DNA of 63,777 nt, the filler included, from Hausera hauseri (lineage: Eukaryota): the NCBI GenBank assembly GCA_046269625.1. It is 11 parts of 11 records of this genome, joined end to end, with 100 filler letters (N's around TTAATTAATTAA, not from the genome) between each part and the next. Parts side by side here need not be neighbours in the genome. Positions count along the whole stretch, not along the records: positions 34,822 to 39,460 come from JBJURY010493020.1; positions 39,561 to 44,933 come from JBJURY010268064.1; positions 45,034 to 49,080 come from JBJURY010795090.1; 8 more parts are not named here. One strand, 5' to 3'. Position 1 is the first letter of the stretch; each line of letters begins with the position of its first letter. Of this stretch, positions 34,822-48,439 are shown piece by piece. The notes below the pieces were generated by a model. The model was given only the letters and a program-made list of their open reading frames with translations, did not search any database and was not told where the DNA came from. A program made the position numbers and the translations under genes.

Positions 34822-37000
34822 ACATTAATGACATTCTCATCGCATCCAAGTCATGGTGTGCGCATTTATCTAAATTAAGCGAAGTATTCGATAGAATTGA
34901 ACTTGTAAAACTAAATTTAAATCCGAAAAAATGCGAATGGTGCATGAAAGAAGTTAGATATCTTGGATTTGTCGTTTTCAACCAAGGAATTTTGACTATT
35001 GCTGATTTAATATCCTAAATATTGGAATATCCCCCACCAACAAATGTCCACGAAATGAAAGCTTGGTTAGATTTGGGAGGATTTTATGCAACATTTATAC
35101 CTGCCTTTCCAGAAATTAACCAGCTTCAATATAAACTCTTAAGAAAGGATCACAAATGCAAATTGACAGAAGAGAACCAAAATGTATTTGACGAGATTAA
35201 GAAACAAATGGTATCAACACCTATATTGAGATACCCAGATTTTCCGTTACCATTCATTTTGAAAACCGATGGTAGCATAAAAGCTATTAGTTATATATTA
35301 GCCCAGAAAAATCCAGAAGAAGCAACCGAGCACGTAATCGCCTACGGAGGACGTAGTTTAAATAATTCAGAACGAAAATACTCAACCACTGAATTAGATT
35401 TACTAGCTATTCGTGATGAATTGCGACATTACGAGTATTACGTTTACGGTCATAAAATCATAATATTTACTGACCATAAGGCACTCTTATCTTTACGCTC
35501 CGACAATAGACATGTATCAAGTCAACTCCAAAGATAGAAGTTAAAACTTTTGAATTATGATCTTGAAGATCGATATCGTCCTGGCAAAGAAAACAGAGAC
35601 GCCGACGAGCTTTCAAGAATGCCATACAATAAGATAGTAGCTGCAGTTTCTAAGCCATTATATAATGAGAATGACAAACAAGTGAACAAGAAAATCAGTA
35701 ACGATATGTTGCAATAACAACGCCAAATTCAAGTACGAAATATCGAGACCTTACAAAACCAAGATTCTTTTATTGTTTGAATCAAACAACTAATCAACGG
35801 ACAATTACTTGACTCAATATCCAGTCACATTCAAAAATTTTATGAAAAGAACCGAAAAAATCTTGAAACCGAAAATGGAATTTTACGACTAAGAGTCGGA
35901 GAAAGAAAACTGATCCTTGTATTCACACCGGTCATCAAGGCTATCATACTACAAGAACACAATTCACAATTAGCTGGACATCCATCTTTAAACAAGACTT
36001 CGAAGCATATAACCGCAAAATATTACTGGCCTCAAATGAATGAGCATATTGAATGATGGGTACGTTCCTGTAAAATTTGTTCTGCAAGAAAAGATAGAGG
36101 ATTTCTTGCAAAACCGTTTTAGGAAGCTTACCTGATGCCCGGGAGCCAATGGAAGTGTGCTCTATGGATATCTCCGGACCCTTTCAAGCTTCAGACTCAG
36201 GGTAAAAGTATATACTGTCACTTGTTGACTACTTTTCTCGCTACGTTGTATTGCTGCCATTAAAAACACGACGAGTTGCACAGTTGCTGAAGCCTTTTTC
36301 TACGAAAGTATTGCTGTACTGGGCACCACAAAACAATTATTAACTGATCGTGCACCATACTTCATTAGCGAATTTTTCAAAAAATTGTCAAAAATATTCC
36401 AGTGCAAACATTTGTTAACGACATCATACCATCCACAATGTAACGGTATGGTCGAAAGAATGAATCGTACCATCCAGGGTATCCTTTCTACAAAGATAGC
36501 AAATGATCAAAAGGATTGGCATAACCATTTGAAAACTGCGGTCTTTGCAATTAATTCTAAGCCTACAAAAAGTACCAATCATTCACCTTTTGAACTAATG
36601 TTCGAGCAATTACCTTTACTACCATTAGATACGGAATTACTATCATCATCCTTGTTAACCAGTGATCACATGGATGACCAATACCAGATTTTGCTAAAAC
36701 GACTCGAACACATTAAACGCGAAGCAAAACAGTTTGAAGAAAAATACAAAGCCGGATGTAAAAAGCAGTTTAACAAGAAGGCACGACACCATACTTATAA
36801 GATTGGAGATTACATAATGGATCACTAACATATGGTGAAGAAAGGTAAATCGTTAAAATTAACACGTGCAGGTCAAGGGCCGTACAAAATTGTTGATGTG
36901 CGCCAGCAAACACTTTTTATTCAGAAAGGACCTGATAAGTACAAGGCTGTGTCTATTCAACGAGTAACTCGAGCACCTACATCATATAACGACGTCATAC
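34822..37000 (+). mobile_element. pol: Ty3/gypsy pol remnant (RT end-RNase H-integrase)
   Basis: VRYLG, FILKTDGS..YSTTELDLLAI, TDHKAL, H..GH..CKIC, TTSYHPQCNGMVER, SPFELMF, GPYKI. Confidence 0.92.
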
Positions 37001-39460
37001 GCGAAGCAGAGCTAGAATCACCCAAAACAGAAGAGCCTAAAGTAACAGCAATGTGCATAACTCACTCGATGAATATCTCAGAACATCATCCTATTCACTC
37101 CATTCAGAGCCGATACTTGGCTATCTTTTTCCTCATTTTTCTAGCATTCATAATACCTATAACGGCTACAAAAACCAATACAACAGCTATACCACTTACT
37201 GATTTGACTGAACGCACTACTATTATCAATATTGACACAAATAAACACAGTATTTGCCTTCGAACTCACGTGTCGGTAATAATGCACCATAAAGTTGATT
37301 TTATCTTTACATCACAGTATAATGTCTCCTTTGTTTGCACAATTCTTGAAACACGTACTAAAACCTGCTGCTGCGTTAATTACGATACGACGTATACGTA
37401 CTATGTAACACTGAAGGTAAATAATACCGACACCATTCTTTGGGAGCCAAATATGATTCTTCATGTTCCACTTATCAGGAGATAAACATATTAGAAACTT
37501 CTGATGTATTTTCGTGCAATCCTTTTATTGCTCACTTCCTAAAACATGGCATTAAAATTTCTAGTATCGATCTCACAAGACAACCACTTTGCATGAATTT
37601 ACACACACACAGTTATTACCCATTGAATTCGAAGTCAGTATATGGTTAAACCCAATCTCTACATCCATAAAACAACCAACATATTGTTATCTTAAGCGAA
37701 ATGATACTCGTTTACGCTTCACACTCTATTTATACGTCTGGTACAGAATCCGTTTAGAGGCATACCATACGCTTGAAAATAGACAATCTATTAGAGTGCA
37801 TTCTCACCGCATTCCTATTTTATTTTCAGTTAAACCAAACATACCCATTCCAGCCCTTGCCAAGCAGCGAATTACTTCTCCGCGATCTGCGAAACAGATG
37901 ATAATATCGAAATTAGGGACTACACCCACCTATAAGGGTAGGAAAGATTGAGATCGAGATAAATCACAAGTTCAGCACCTATATACGTTGAAACCAAAAT
38001 TACATAAACACGTACTTCATGGGAAATGGATGAAAGAATTCCCTATCAAATTCAAATTAACGTCCTACACAGACCATATTGAGATAATATTGTAAAACAC
38101 AATTAACGAACGGAACCTCATGATAACTTGCACGGGCTCACATGATAAAGTTAGCATCATGTATGAAACACAAGCGAAATTTTTGTGAAAAACTAACGCC
38201 AGACACCAATTATTTGGTGAGGATAGAGACCTCGGATAACTCTAAAATAGTAGCCATAAAACACAACCAGCAGTAGGTCAACATCGCCACATAAGATATA
38301 ATGATGACGATGAAAAATGGAAATTAACTACAGCTTCGACCAGGACTATTGAAACATATCTTACAGTATTGGTGGATATTCATATTGATAACAGGTGTTG
38401 GCATCGTTCTTATGATGCTTGTTGCACTAGGTAGAAAATCGAAATGTGGGAAGAGATTACTTAGGGACTCTCACTATTCTATTATCCGAGGAGGTCATCA
38501 GATCTTACAAATAAATGAGACTGAGGAACAAAACGAAATAGGAAAACAAACAATTACAGACCCAATATTAATTAATGAAGTAAATAGAAATGAAGCATCA
38601 CACAACATTGTGTCTTGCTTCTATCTTAATTCTAGAACTAGTCAAGTGGGAACTAATTGATAAGGACTTTCTTAGCTTCGTTAACGAGAACACAAAGAGT
38701 TACATACTAACAACGAGCATAATATTTGGACTAATCATATTATCTTATATAATTTATAAGTTGGCAGCCAATGAGGATCAGACAATTCGAAATGTTAGAA
38801 AATTGATTGGCTGGCCAATCGGATTAGAATCAACAAAGTATAAATGCAAGATTCAATCTCAGCAGTACGGAAAAAGAAATATGTGGAAAAACTTATACCA
38901 TCACGCTCCAGAATTCGGAAGCCACCAACCAAAAAATTTAACCCCGAGATTGGGAGTAAAGATACTTTCAAATTACCATACGGTATTCCGACAAATCAGG
39001 AGAAAGTAGAACCGAAAACTATAAAAAGGCTCAGTACAACTGAAGAAAACATGACATATTTATTTCGTGACAAAGTGATAGCCAATCTAAATTGTTCAAT
39101 GAACAGTATAGAAGATGTCACCAAAATACCAAATGTATTGAAATACGGAGAACAAAGAAATCGAGAAATCCTTCCGTTCAAAATATTCAACTCAGATACT
39201 ACGTTTAAATTTTCCCAATGGTCAAAAGGCAACATCGGAATAAAGATACATGTCGCTATCGGGAAAATCATGGCGATATTTAGAGGAGAAAAAGGACGAA
39301 GAAGCAGTTTGAAAACAATCATGGGAGAGGAATCTTGCCAAATAAACTATTCTGTCGAGCCAAAAAACACGATTTATTGCCAGAGATAATAAACATCGGA
39401 ATAGTAGAAGTTTTAGAAAAGAAATACAACTTTCATCCTTATTACCATTGAAATATACGA
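37000..39460 (+). other. Degenerate env-like membrane-protein region in frame with the integrase C-terminus, plus further TM ORFs
   Basis: ORF 36832-37485 runs from GPYKI into a signal-like segment (YLAIFFLIFLAFIIPITA), then Cys residues and N-x-S/T sequons; TM helix YWWIFILITGVGIVLMMLVAL at 38349-38660. Confidence 0.55.
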
Positions 39461-39574
39461 NNNNNNNNNNNNNNNNNNNNNNNNNNNNNNNNNNNNNNNN
39501 NNNNTTAATTAATTAANNNNNNNNNNNNNNNNNNNNNNNNNNNNNNNNNNNNNNNNNNNNTATAGATAAATATA

Positions 39575-40474
39575 CTAGGGGTGTTTAAATATGAACTGGA
39601 TTTTTTTTAATATACATTTATTATACAAAACATATGTACAAAATCATTACCTATTTCTCAACATAGAATCCATGCACCTGTATACACCGTCACCATCACC
39701 TAGGTAAGCCCATAATACCCTTTCAAAAAAACTTTGTGGTTGGTCAATTAGCCACCGCAGCACAAAAGGTTTAACTTTATCAAAAGTTGTAAATCTTTTT
39801 CCTCCTAACGCTTCTTTAAGTGGAACAAATACATAAATGTCGCTTGGAGATGAATCTGGACTGTAAGGTGCATGTGGAAGCACTTCCCAGTGCATTTTTA
39901 GTAATGTTTCGCCTGTCAATCTGGAAACATGGGGCGTGCATAGTCGTGGAGAAGACAGACATTCCGGATCAATCGATCTCGTCTTTTTGAACAAAAAACC
40001 GGCTTAACTTTAGATTTGAGATGACTAAAACAATATTTTGCATTAATGATTCGTTGATCTGTCAGAAAAATCAATGAAATTGACGCCGCGAAAATCGCAG
40101 AAAATATTTTCCATTATTTTTCCTAAGGAAGATGCCATCTTGGCTTTTTTGGGTGAAGGTGAACCTTTGTGACGCCATTCCATACTTGTTCTTTTGGTTT
40201 CAGGTGTAAAATAGAGCATCCATGTCTCATCACATGTGATTATTGAATGGAGGAATGGATCACCTTCCCTTTCATAACGATACAAGAGCTGAGCTGAAAT
40301 TTCAACTCGTGCAGCTTTGGTATCCACCGTGCACTAACCTTGCTGTAGTTCAGGTGATTATAAATTGTTTCAACACTACCGACACTTATTTCAACCATCT
40401 CATCTAATTCAGAGATTGATACGACGAATGTGGTGTACGAGGCGGTCGATTTCTGCAATATTCATTTCAGTGAC
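39575..40474 (-). mobile_element. mariner (DD34D) transposon remnant, 5' part cut off at the AGTAG end
   Basis: KVSARWIP, IITCDETW, HAPYSPDSSPSD motifs; end TA|CTAGGGGTGTTT at 39573-39586. Confidence 0.92.
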
Positions 40475-40960
40475 AGTAGGGGGGAAAATGGGGCTTCGGT
40501 CCCACTACCCCCCGGGGGGATAATCGATAAAATCAATTTTGCACATGTACCAATCGATAGTTCCCTATAATCATCATATAATCCCTCTTTATTCCATATG
40601 ATCCTCCTATATTCCTTCCATATTCCCCATAATACTCATATTTTCCTTTCTTATTCTATATAATCCTTCTATATTCCCTATAATCATCACATTTTCCCTT
40701 CTTATTCCCTATAATCCTCCATAATCTTCATATAATCCGTATAATCCTCACATATTCCCCATAATCGTCCTATACTCCCTTCTTGTTCCCTATAATCCTG
40801 CTCTATTCCCATAATCATCCTATTTTTCCTTCTTATTCTCTATAATCCTGCTATATTCCCCATAATTCTCATACATTCCCTTCTTATTCTCTATTATCCT
40901 CCATAATCCTCATATATTCCCTCCATATTCCCTATAATCTTCCTATATTCCTTTAGCTAT
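40475..40960 (+). repeat. Putative element end (AGTAGGGG...) plus pyrimidine-rich TATTCCCTATAATCCT-like tandem array
   Basis: Mariner coding sequence stops at 40474; the first ~90 bp resemble 51211-51295; degenerate array at about 40560-40950. Confidence 0.7.
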
Positions 40961-41164
40961 ACATTTCGTATATTGTATTTTACCCATACACATACAAACA
41001 CACGCTATAAAAAGTGTTTAGCGTTATGTTAAATTTATGTTGTTGCGAAATAAATGTGTTATGAAATTAGTTGGCCTTATCCTATATTCCACATTACTTG
41101 ATCTAAAAGACAACACGACATTTTTTATAAGTTTTATTAATACAAAAATACAATGCTAAGATAT

Positions 41165-44100
41165 TTACATTAATGCAACATACCCGTAAGGTAGTGTGCT
41201 TATTCCATCACCCAGGATCTGCCTTTTGTCATACATCTAATTTAGGCTCTTTTTCTCTAATGTTACTGTCCCAATGTTATGAGCCTAAACTGGATCCTTC
41301 GCATCGCTGATATGATATGAATCTGCTTATGCAGAACTCTCACATAGTCATTGAAGCCAATCTTCTTGACTAAGGTCGCCCTTTGAACCCCTTTAGCCCG
41401 CTTCTTTACTTGACAACATATATCAATGGCATAAATTTTTGACCTAACAGCTATAAATCTCAAGATGATTGCCCCATTCACCTCGTCTTTGAATTTCCCA
41501 AAAACCTTCTTGTTGATAATTAAATAGTTTCGCTAAACCTTCGGATAATCCGAGGTATCCATGTGCTGAGCCAATTTCGCAAAGTCCTCATAAATGTCCT
41601 CTGTATGGATCTGATAGATGAAACTATCGGTATCCATGTACATCAGCTGTATGGACTTGAATGTAAGGACCATGATGTCACAGTGGAATTTGTACATCAA
41701 GGTATTTGACAGGTCCAGTATTGCCATACCCACATATTTGGGCTTGTTGAATTGCAAGGATGTTTTCAGCGTATGAATGATGACCAAGTTTTCAGCATAT
41801 ACGATGCTGCTGTGGAAGTTTGGCTTGGCAATGAGCTTCTTTGCCCGCTTCCACTCAGATACCAGTTCGATATTTATCCTGTTGCAGATATTCTCCATGC
41901 TCTTGCCAAAACGCTGTTGTTGCACAGATTGAACTGGTCCTTCTCAAAGTCATTCTTGACATTTGTCCGAAGCTTGGCATTGAGGTCTATATATGGCTTC
42001 AGCCAGTTAGACTGACTGAACTGCAGGGCCCGATGGATTTTAGTAATGCGGAATCCATTCCTGATCGCCTGCTGGAGATTTATATAGTGAACTACATACC
42101 TCTCCCTACTATCTAGATGGCAGAGCAGCTTTCTATGCTTGCTTCAGGGAGGAAAGCAGCTGTTGATGCCTTGTATGGATAGAAGCCGGATATTCCATAT
42201 CCACCTCCAGTGTGTATCCCGTATCTCCAGTGGGATCCAGATCCAGTATAGGCATGTTTTCAGGATACTTGACCCACTTAAAGTTATCATGTGCAATGGG
42301 GCGCTCATTGCCTATCCATATAGGTTGTTAGCATCCAGGTATGATATATATGAGGATTCCTTGAATGGATCGTAATTGGCCATATACTTGTTGTTGGCCT
42401 CACTATACCGTTGGATGGCCTGGCATATTCCACCTCTAATGCCTCTCTCGACCATGAGGATCATGTCGTAATCCTTAATGTCTGCAGCTGGACACCTGTA
42501 TAGCGCAGCATTGCTGCCCAACTCATCCCTGGAACCGTAAAGAATTAAGCCGGATCCAATGCATGGCTCTATCGTAACATCAATGAAACTCTCAAAGACA
42601 TCCGCAAGAAGCAGTACGTCCGTCTTGAAGTATGTCGCTGTATTCTCCTAATGTTCCACATTGGAATGCATGCCATACGTTCTGAGCATGCTGGTAGTCC
42701 ATATCACTGATATCGCAATCAGAAAGGATATTGTAAAAACCCTTCTTGGCCGGCAATGATGTCTCATCCAGTGTGTCCCATGATGTTATATAGTCATAGG
42801 GAAACACGCCTTTCCTTTTTACTAGGTCGAATGCAGTGGGAAAGAACCGCTTCGTCTCCTTGAGTTCTTCTGAAGGGAGGTTCTTCACTAAACTGTCAAA
42901 TGAAGACGACATGCAAAGGAAACTGTTTATGAAGCGAAGCCTGATTTTGCCGACATGCTTGGTAAAGGTGATCTATTTTTTCCTCACTGTTGGGGATCAC
43001 CTCAATGTTTCCTTCAATGCTGCCCAGTTCCCGAACAATGAAATGGGAATCATAGCCACTGAGATTATGGAATACTACAGGCACATATATACATGTTTTA
43101 CAACGTAGATTGCAGTTGTTGCAGACTGCACCTCTATATGTGCCTGTAAAATGGCAATGATCCATGACTTCATAATTCTTCTTAGTGAATGATTTGGAGC
43201 ACTATTCTTCTTCTTGTTGCTTCGATATGCTCATTATATTCTTATGCTGCTGCATCATATCTCCAAGCATATGAACCGTATCTTCAAGTCGTTTCATAAA
43301 ATGAGGTGCTGCGCCTCGATCCCTGAATAACAATGGTTCACTGTCCAGTCCTTTGGCATATATGCAATATAATGAGTGCTCATGATATTGGTATGTCGTT
43401 GTGCTGCTATGTTGGGGATTAGGGCTGCAGCTCTGAAATGGACGCAGGATAGCCTCAAAGTCGAAATAGAAAACTATTGGAACCTTGATCTTCTTCTCAA
43501 ACTCCTTGAATTCAATGTAGTCCTCCTTGGGAAATTCTGACCTGATACAATAATTGTTGTTGCAGTACATTTTGTGCTCTGCAAGCTTTAAATCAGCTAA
43601 CTTGCCACTGAAATGGGACAAACATCTTTAGCATATTTCGATTCTTTCCTTATGTTTCGTAATTTGGGATCTGACTAGACGTTCAAAGTTCTTTATCCGG
43701 ATGAAATGCCTCTTTTCACCATCAACTAGTAGGAGCAAATCACTATGGTCTTTCAATTCAGCATCATATATCTGCAGCGGATAGAATTTGTCCTCCTCAT
43801 CCAATCCCAAGATATTGATGGAAATGTTGATTCGACTGAACTTCTTGACTTCATCTATGGATGGCGGGAACTTAATACATTGGAAGTCATAGTTGTGCTG
43901 GATGTTACGGTATACTGTAAACCATTACGAGTTTTGATAGAATGGTATGCATGAAACACATATTGTCGCTATTATGGACATTGATGCACGCGTTTTTCTG
44001 CTGAATCCATTCAGGCAACTGAATATATGAACTGCCCAACATGGGAGAGTACTTGTACACTTGTACTTGTGCACATACACAAGCAGTCTCTGTATGGCTG

Positions 44101-44933
44101 ACAGAGTCCAGTCGCTCTTCTTATCCTGGATCTCCTCAGCCTCGAGAATTAGCTTCCTGTGTTCATCATGCAGCCATTCTACTATATTGGTTGTTTACAA
44201 TATGGACCTATTTCGGGTCTTAAAGGCCCTTTTGGATTCTTCGCCATCAACATTGATGTACGTGGCCTCCAGTTTCATATTGACCTTAAGGGCCTTGAAC
44301 TCTGCCATGTTTTCCTGAAGAATTCCTTGTTTCTTCCTCTGTGCATAATAGGAACTCTTTGAGGGTTGTTTGTCCAGTTGCATCAATAACATCTGCGGCA
44401 TTTTCTCTTTAATGCTGCAGCATCAACTGACCGCTGTCTGACTTTTTGTTGGAGCTGCTGTGTCTGATGTGGCTGCGCCTGATGCGGCTGCGCCTTTCAG
44501 TTCTCTAATATGCTTCACAGCTACTGCATCAGATCCAGAAGCATAATGCAAAGCAGAATATTGCGAAGCATCATACTGCGAAGCAGATGCATCAAAATTA
44601 TGTTGCTCATTAAAGATGGCCTTCTTTGACTTTGACGTAAAGTTTGTCAAATAAGCAATATGATCTTCATAAAACTGCATGNNNNNNNNNNGTATTCTCC
44701 ATCAAATATAACCTCACATCCTGAGCAAATAAAATACAGGACCCCGTTATATTTGTATCCATAATAGTTCATCATGGTATTACGACAGTTCTGAGGGTTG
44801 TGTATTGCACATGTGCAATTCACGTATGAACTACATCCTTGATTTTGCTTAGGCACGAAAGTCACCATTGGCATATTCGTATTGAATATCTGTTTTTTCG
44901 ACTTGGTGAAGTAAATCAGGTGATGCTTAGGGG
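41165..44933 (-). pseudogene. polB: pPolB copy C, close relative of copy A, nearly full length
   Basis: DHCHFTGTYRGAVCNNCNL (HNH/endonuclease VII-like), YFDFE, FHNLSGYDSHFI, RKGVFPYDY, YLDANNLYG, FGKSMEN, YMDTDSF, RSKIYA, KRAKGV. Confidence 0.95.
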
Positions 44934-45033
44934 NNNNNNNNNNNNNNNNNNNNNNNNNNNNNNNNNNNNNNNNNNNNTTAATTAATTAANNNNNNNNNNN
45001 NNNNNNNNNNNNNNNNNNNNNNNNNNNNNNNNN

Positions 45034-46848
45034 CGTAAGACCAATTACATTACAACTTATAAACTTATCAGTACGTATCTGCCGATGAAGATAGTGATTA
45101 TAATGATGAAAACGAATAAATTGAGGAGCCTAATGAACAAACTTATGATGATACTTCAAGTTCAAGCTCAACATATGAAAAGCATCAACTTCTCTTGAAG
45201 CTGCGTGTTCAAGGCAGTGATGTTTCGAAAAATGATATTCGTAATGATGCTAAAACAATTCGAAGGGATGAAACAAAAATGAGTAAAGTAACAGGCGGAA
45301 ACTCGGTTTGTAGAAACAGCGTACAGGATATTCGCCAAATTGAAGGTGGTGTTACCCGATATGCTACAGCGGGTTGCTAATGCACCATACAGTGCATTCA
45401 AGTTGTTTTTGACAGAACAAATTTTGAAGCAAGTTCAGTTGTTCACTGAAACAGAAGCAAAAGCCAAAGGAACTGATAGTTTTATGTTGTCGTTGAGTGA
45501 GTTAGATTTTTTCATTGTTTTGTGTTTTGTGACAGGTACTTTATCCGGAAACGTACCTGTTCGACTTTATGGTTTGCAGAATAGGGTGCACCAATTTTTA
45601 GAAAAACGATGTCTCGAGAACTCATCCTTGAAATCATCCGTTATTTTAAGTTCAATTTGAAATGTCAAAGGAGTGAAAGATTAAAGACTGCTAAATTTGC
45701 TTTAGCGTCGTCATTATGGTCTTCGTTTAATAAAAACTGCAAAAAGAATTTTATTCCTTATGAACATCTAATCTTTGATGAATAATTATTCCCGTCAAAA
45801 TGTCGATGCCCCTTTACGCAATACATTGTTTCCAAACCCGACAAGTTTGGAATCAAATTCTAATAATTGATCTAAAAACGAAATTTGTTTGAAATATATT
45901 TCCTTATTCAGGCAAAGATCATCGTCAGCCTCATAATGTTTCATAGCCTACTTACCTTGTCAATTCTTTGTTACAAGGCCTTGAAAAAATGGCCATACGA
46001 TAACACGTGATAATTTTTTTACATAGCTAAATTTAGTTGACAGTCTTCGAGAGAAAGGAATTACGTCTGTGGGAATTATCAGAAATAAGGAGTTGCCAGA
46101 TATAGCAAATATTATGAAAAAGAATGATTTATATGATAGTACGTTTTACACATCTGACAAGAGCACCGTTCTAACAGCTTATAAATACAAAAAAATAAAA
46201 TAATTTGCATGGTGAGCTCAAAGATATCTCAGTTTCTACTGATGATAATGATAAAAAGGAACCAAAAATAGTGTTATTGTATAACAAAACAAAGTGTGGA
46301 GTAGATTGCGCTGACCAAATGTTACGCCAGTATTCCACAAGATGTCAGACTCGACGGCGGCCGGTTGGCATATTTTACGTGCTTGACATGTGTGCACTAA
46401 ACGGTTGGATTATTTATAAAATTTTTAATAATTCAACGATATCACGTCTCAACTTTTTACTGTCATTAATTACAAAACTTTGTGGGAATGAACGATCAGT
46501 AGCACAACAATCTGTTTCTCCATTAAATCCAGCTGTTAGGAAACGCCGACATTGCTTCGTCGATAAATGCGAAAATATCATCGGTTACTTGTTACAAGTG
46601 CAACAAATCCCTTTAGGGAAAGTTCTGTTTTACAATGTGTAGTAATACTTGCATATAATAACTCAAAGTATCACTTATTTTACATATTATAGTTTATTTT
46701 GTGTGTAATAGTTTTTAGCATAAATATATTGCGTTATTATTAGTTTTAATTTCAGTCAACATCATTAAAATTAGCCACATGTCTGTGAGTAAAAATTGAC
46801 TAATTCGTGTTTAGAGGTATACCGTAATTTCAGTGCTTCTAGTATTAA
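45034..46848 (+). mobile_element. piggyBac-family (PGBD4-like) transposon remnant
   Basis: IFDE.LFPSKCRCPFTQYIVSKPDKFGIK, RDNFFT, YNKTKCGVDCADQM (DDD triad), Cys-rich C-terminus; possible end TTCTAGTA|TTAA at 46837-46848. Confidence 0.88.
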
Positions 46849-46886
46849 TGCTTTATTCAAAGTGTTCATGAAACGATCACAAATAA

Positions 46887-48225
46887 TTAGCAATTGAGGG
46901 AAACGAGAAATGTGAAAGAACTGGTACTGTTTATGTGAGTTAGGCCATTTTCTATATTATCATCAACTATATTGTGAATCGATATTTGCTTAGAATACCT
47001 CGATTCAGTGACTAGTGGTACGTTGAAATGAAAATTGGTCGTGGGAAGTTCGATATTTGAAAGTGACCGAGTTCGATGGTAAAAGGTTTCAACATTTGAT
47101 CTCTGAAAACAAACAGCCGAATTTAAGTAATAAATCGCGCTGCGATATTGTTTGTAAGGAGTAAATGGTATCACTGCTTTGGAATATTGCAGTGTTTCGC
47201 CTTTGCACCAAATAGCCACAGTTTTGATTTGAACATCAGAGGTGCGAATGCACGTAATTATGACGTTGTAAAATGTGTCATTTATTAAACGCAATGAAGT
47301 AAAGGTCGGAATCAGGTGAAGCAGGGTATTGTTTAACATATTAAGAATTTGATCAACAATTAGTTTAGACTCTGCTTTCAAAAATTTGCAAGTTTTTAAT
47401 AACGATGGGAAAATTGTAAAACGAAACCGCAAACTGACATCGGCGATTGTCACAATCAAAGCTGTTATGCAGAACTAAAAATATCGGAAATAATTCCCGG
47501 ATTTTGACATGATAAAGATATCTGTAATAGAACACTTTAGATGTATTGTAAGTTATCAAAAGAAATTACCAATATTTGGCTTCAATAACAATCAAGTCGA
47601 GAATTTTGAACAATCCTAAAAACAAACGATTTGTATGATTTTAAATTTGAATTGTTCTTTTTAAGAATCCGCATATAATCCTCATTTAGTCGACAAATTT
47701 TGTCCATTTGTGTGTTTGTAGCACCATATTTGTATTTCTTGTTTCTTCCATCTACTGATTTCAATTGCAATTTGCCAGTTGATATGGAAAAATCAAAGCG
47801 TATTTGGAAGTCAAGATTTACTTCAATCATTGTTTTGAATGTCACGGATCCATCTTGAAGAAAAATGTCTATTTTATCAGACTCGTCTTCTTGAAAATAT
47901 TCAACATGCTTATTAAATATTTTAAATACATTGGAATATGAAAAGTTTTTAGATATTAGAATATCTGGAGCTTGAACAACACCAACAAATTCATTCGTCA
48001 AAACATAAGCCGCATCTTTATATACAAAATAACGATTTTGGCTGTTAACAATGATGCCAGATCAGTTCGGCATTTTGGAAAACACACCGCTCACTGGAGC
48101 AGCTTGTTGGATACAGGGGTCAGAACTTTCTAACCTTTATCACGCACCAACATATAAAAGAATACTGAGGAGAATGCTGAGATATACTAACAGTTGAATG
48201 GATGCGAGTTCGCTTCTTCCTCATT
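46887..48225 (-). pseudogene. Interrupted ORF of unknown function
   Basis: Successive same-strand ORFs (139, 64, 190 aa) separated by single stops or frameshifts; no motif recognised. Confidence 0.35.
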
Positions 48226-48439
48226 CTTAAATTATATTATTATTCCCATCTCAATGTTTAAATTCGTAATTCCTACATAAGGTGTGAGAGTAAATTTTCA
48301 ATTTGTTGCTTTCTTAATTTATCATAGTATTCATATATTGATTTCTTACTAGATTGCAAATTGTATAAGAAAAGCAAATGTTGCCAATAGTGATTCTATC
48401 TGCAGATACGTAGACGTATATCAAATCGTGTCTGATGCA

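Noticed and set aside
35535-35537. Alternative genetic code or programmed readthrough, since stops fall at expected Trp positions
   Set aside because: Both TAG (here) and TGA (XPO1 fragment) replace Trp, alongside many frameshifts; PSMD1 and the BEL ORF read normally. Mutational decay explains it.
40560-40950. CRISPR array or telomeric repeat
   Set aside because: Degenerate tandem units without unique spacers, not a canonical telomere motif, eukaryotic context.
47582-48001. PCNA/sliding-clamp-like product
   Set aside because: Only a superficial beta-rich pattern; no clamp motifs could be aligned.
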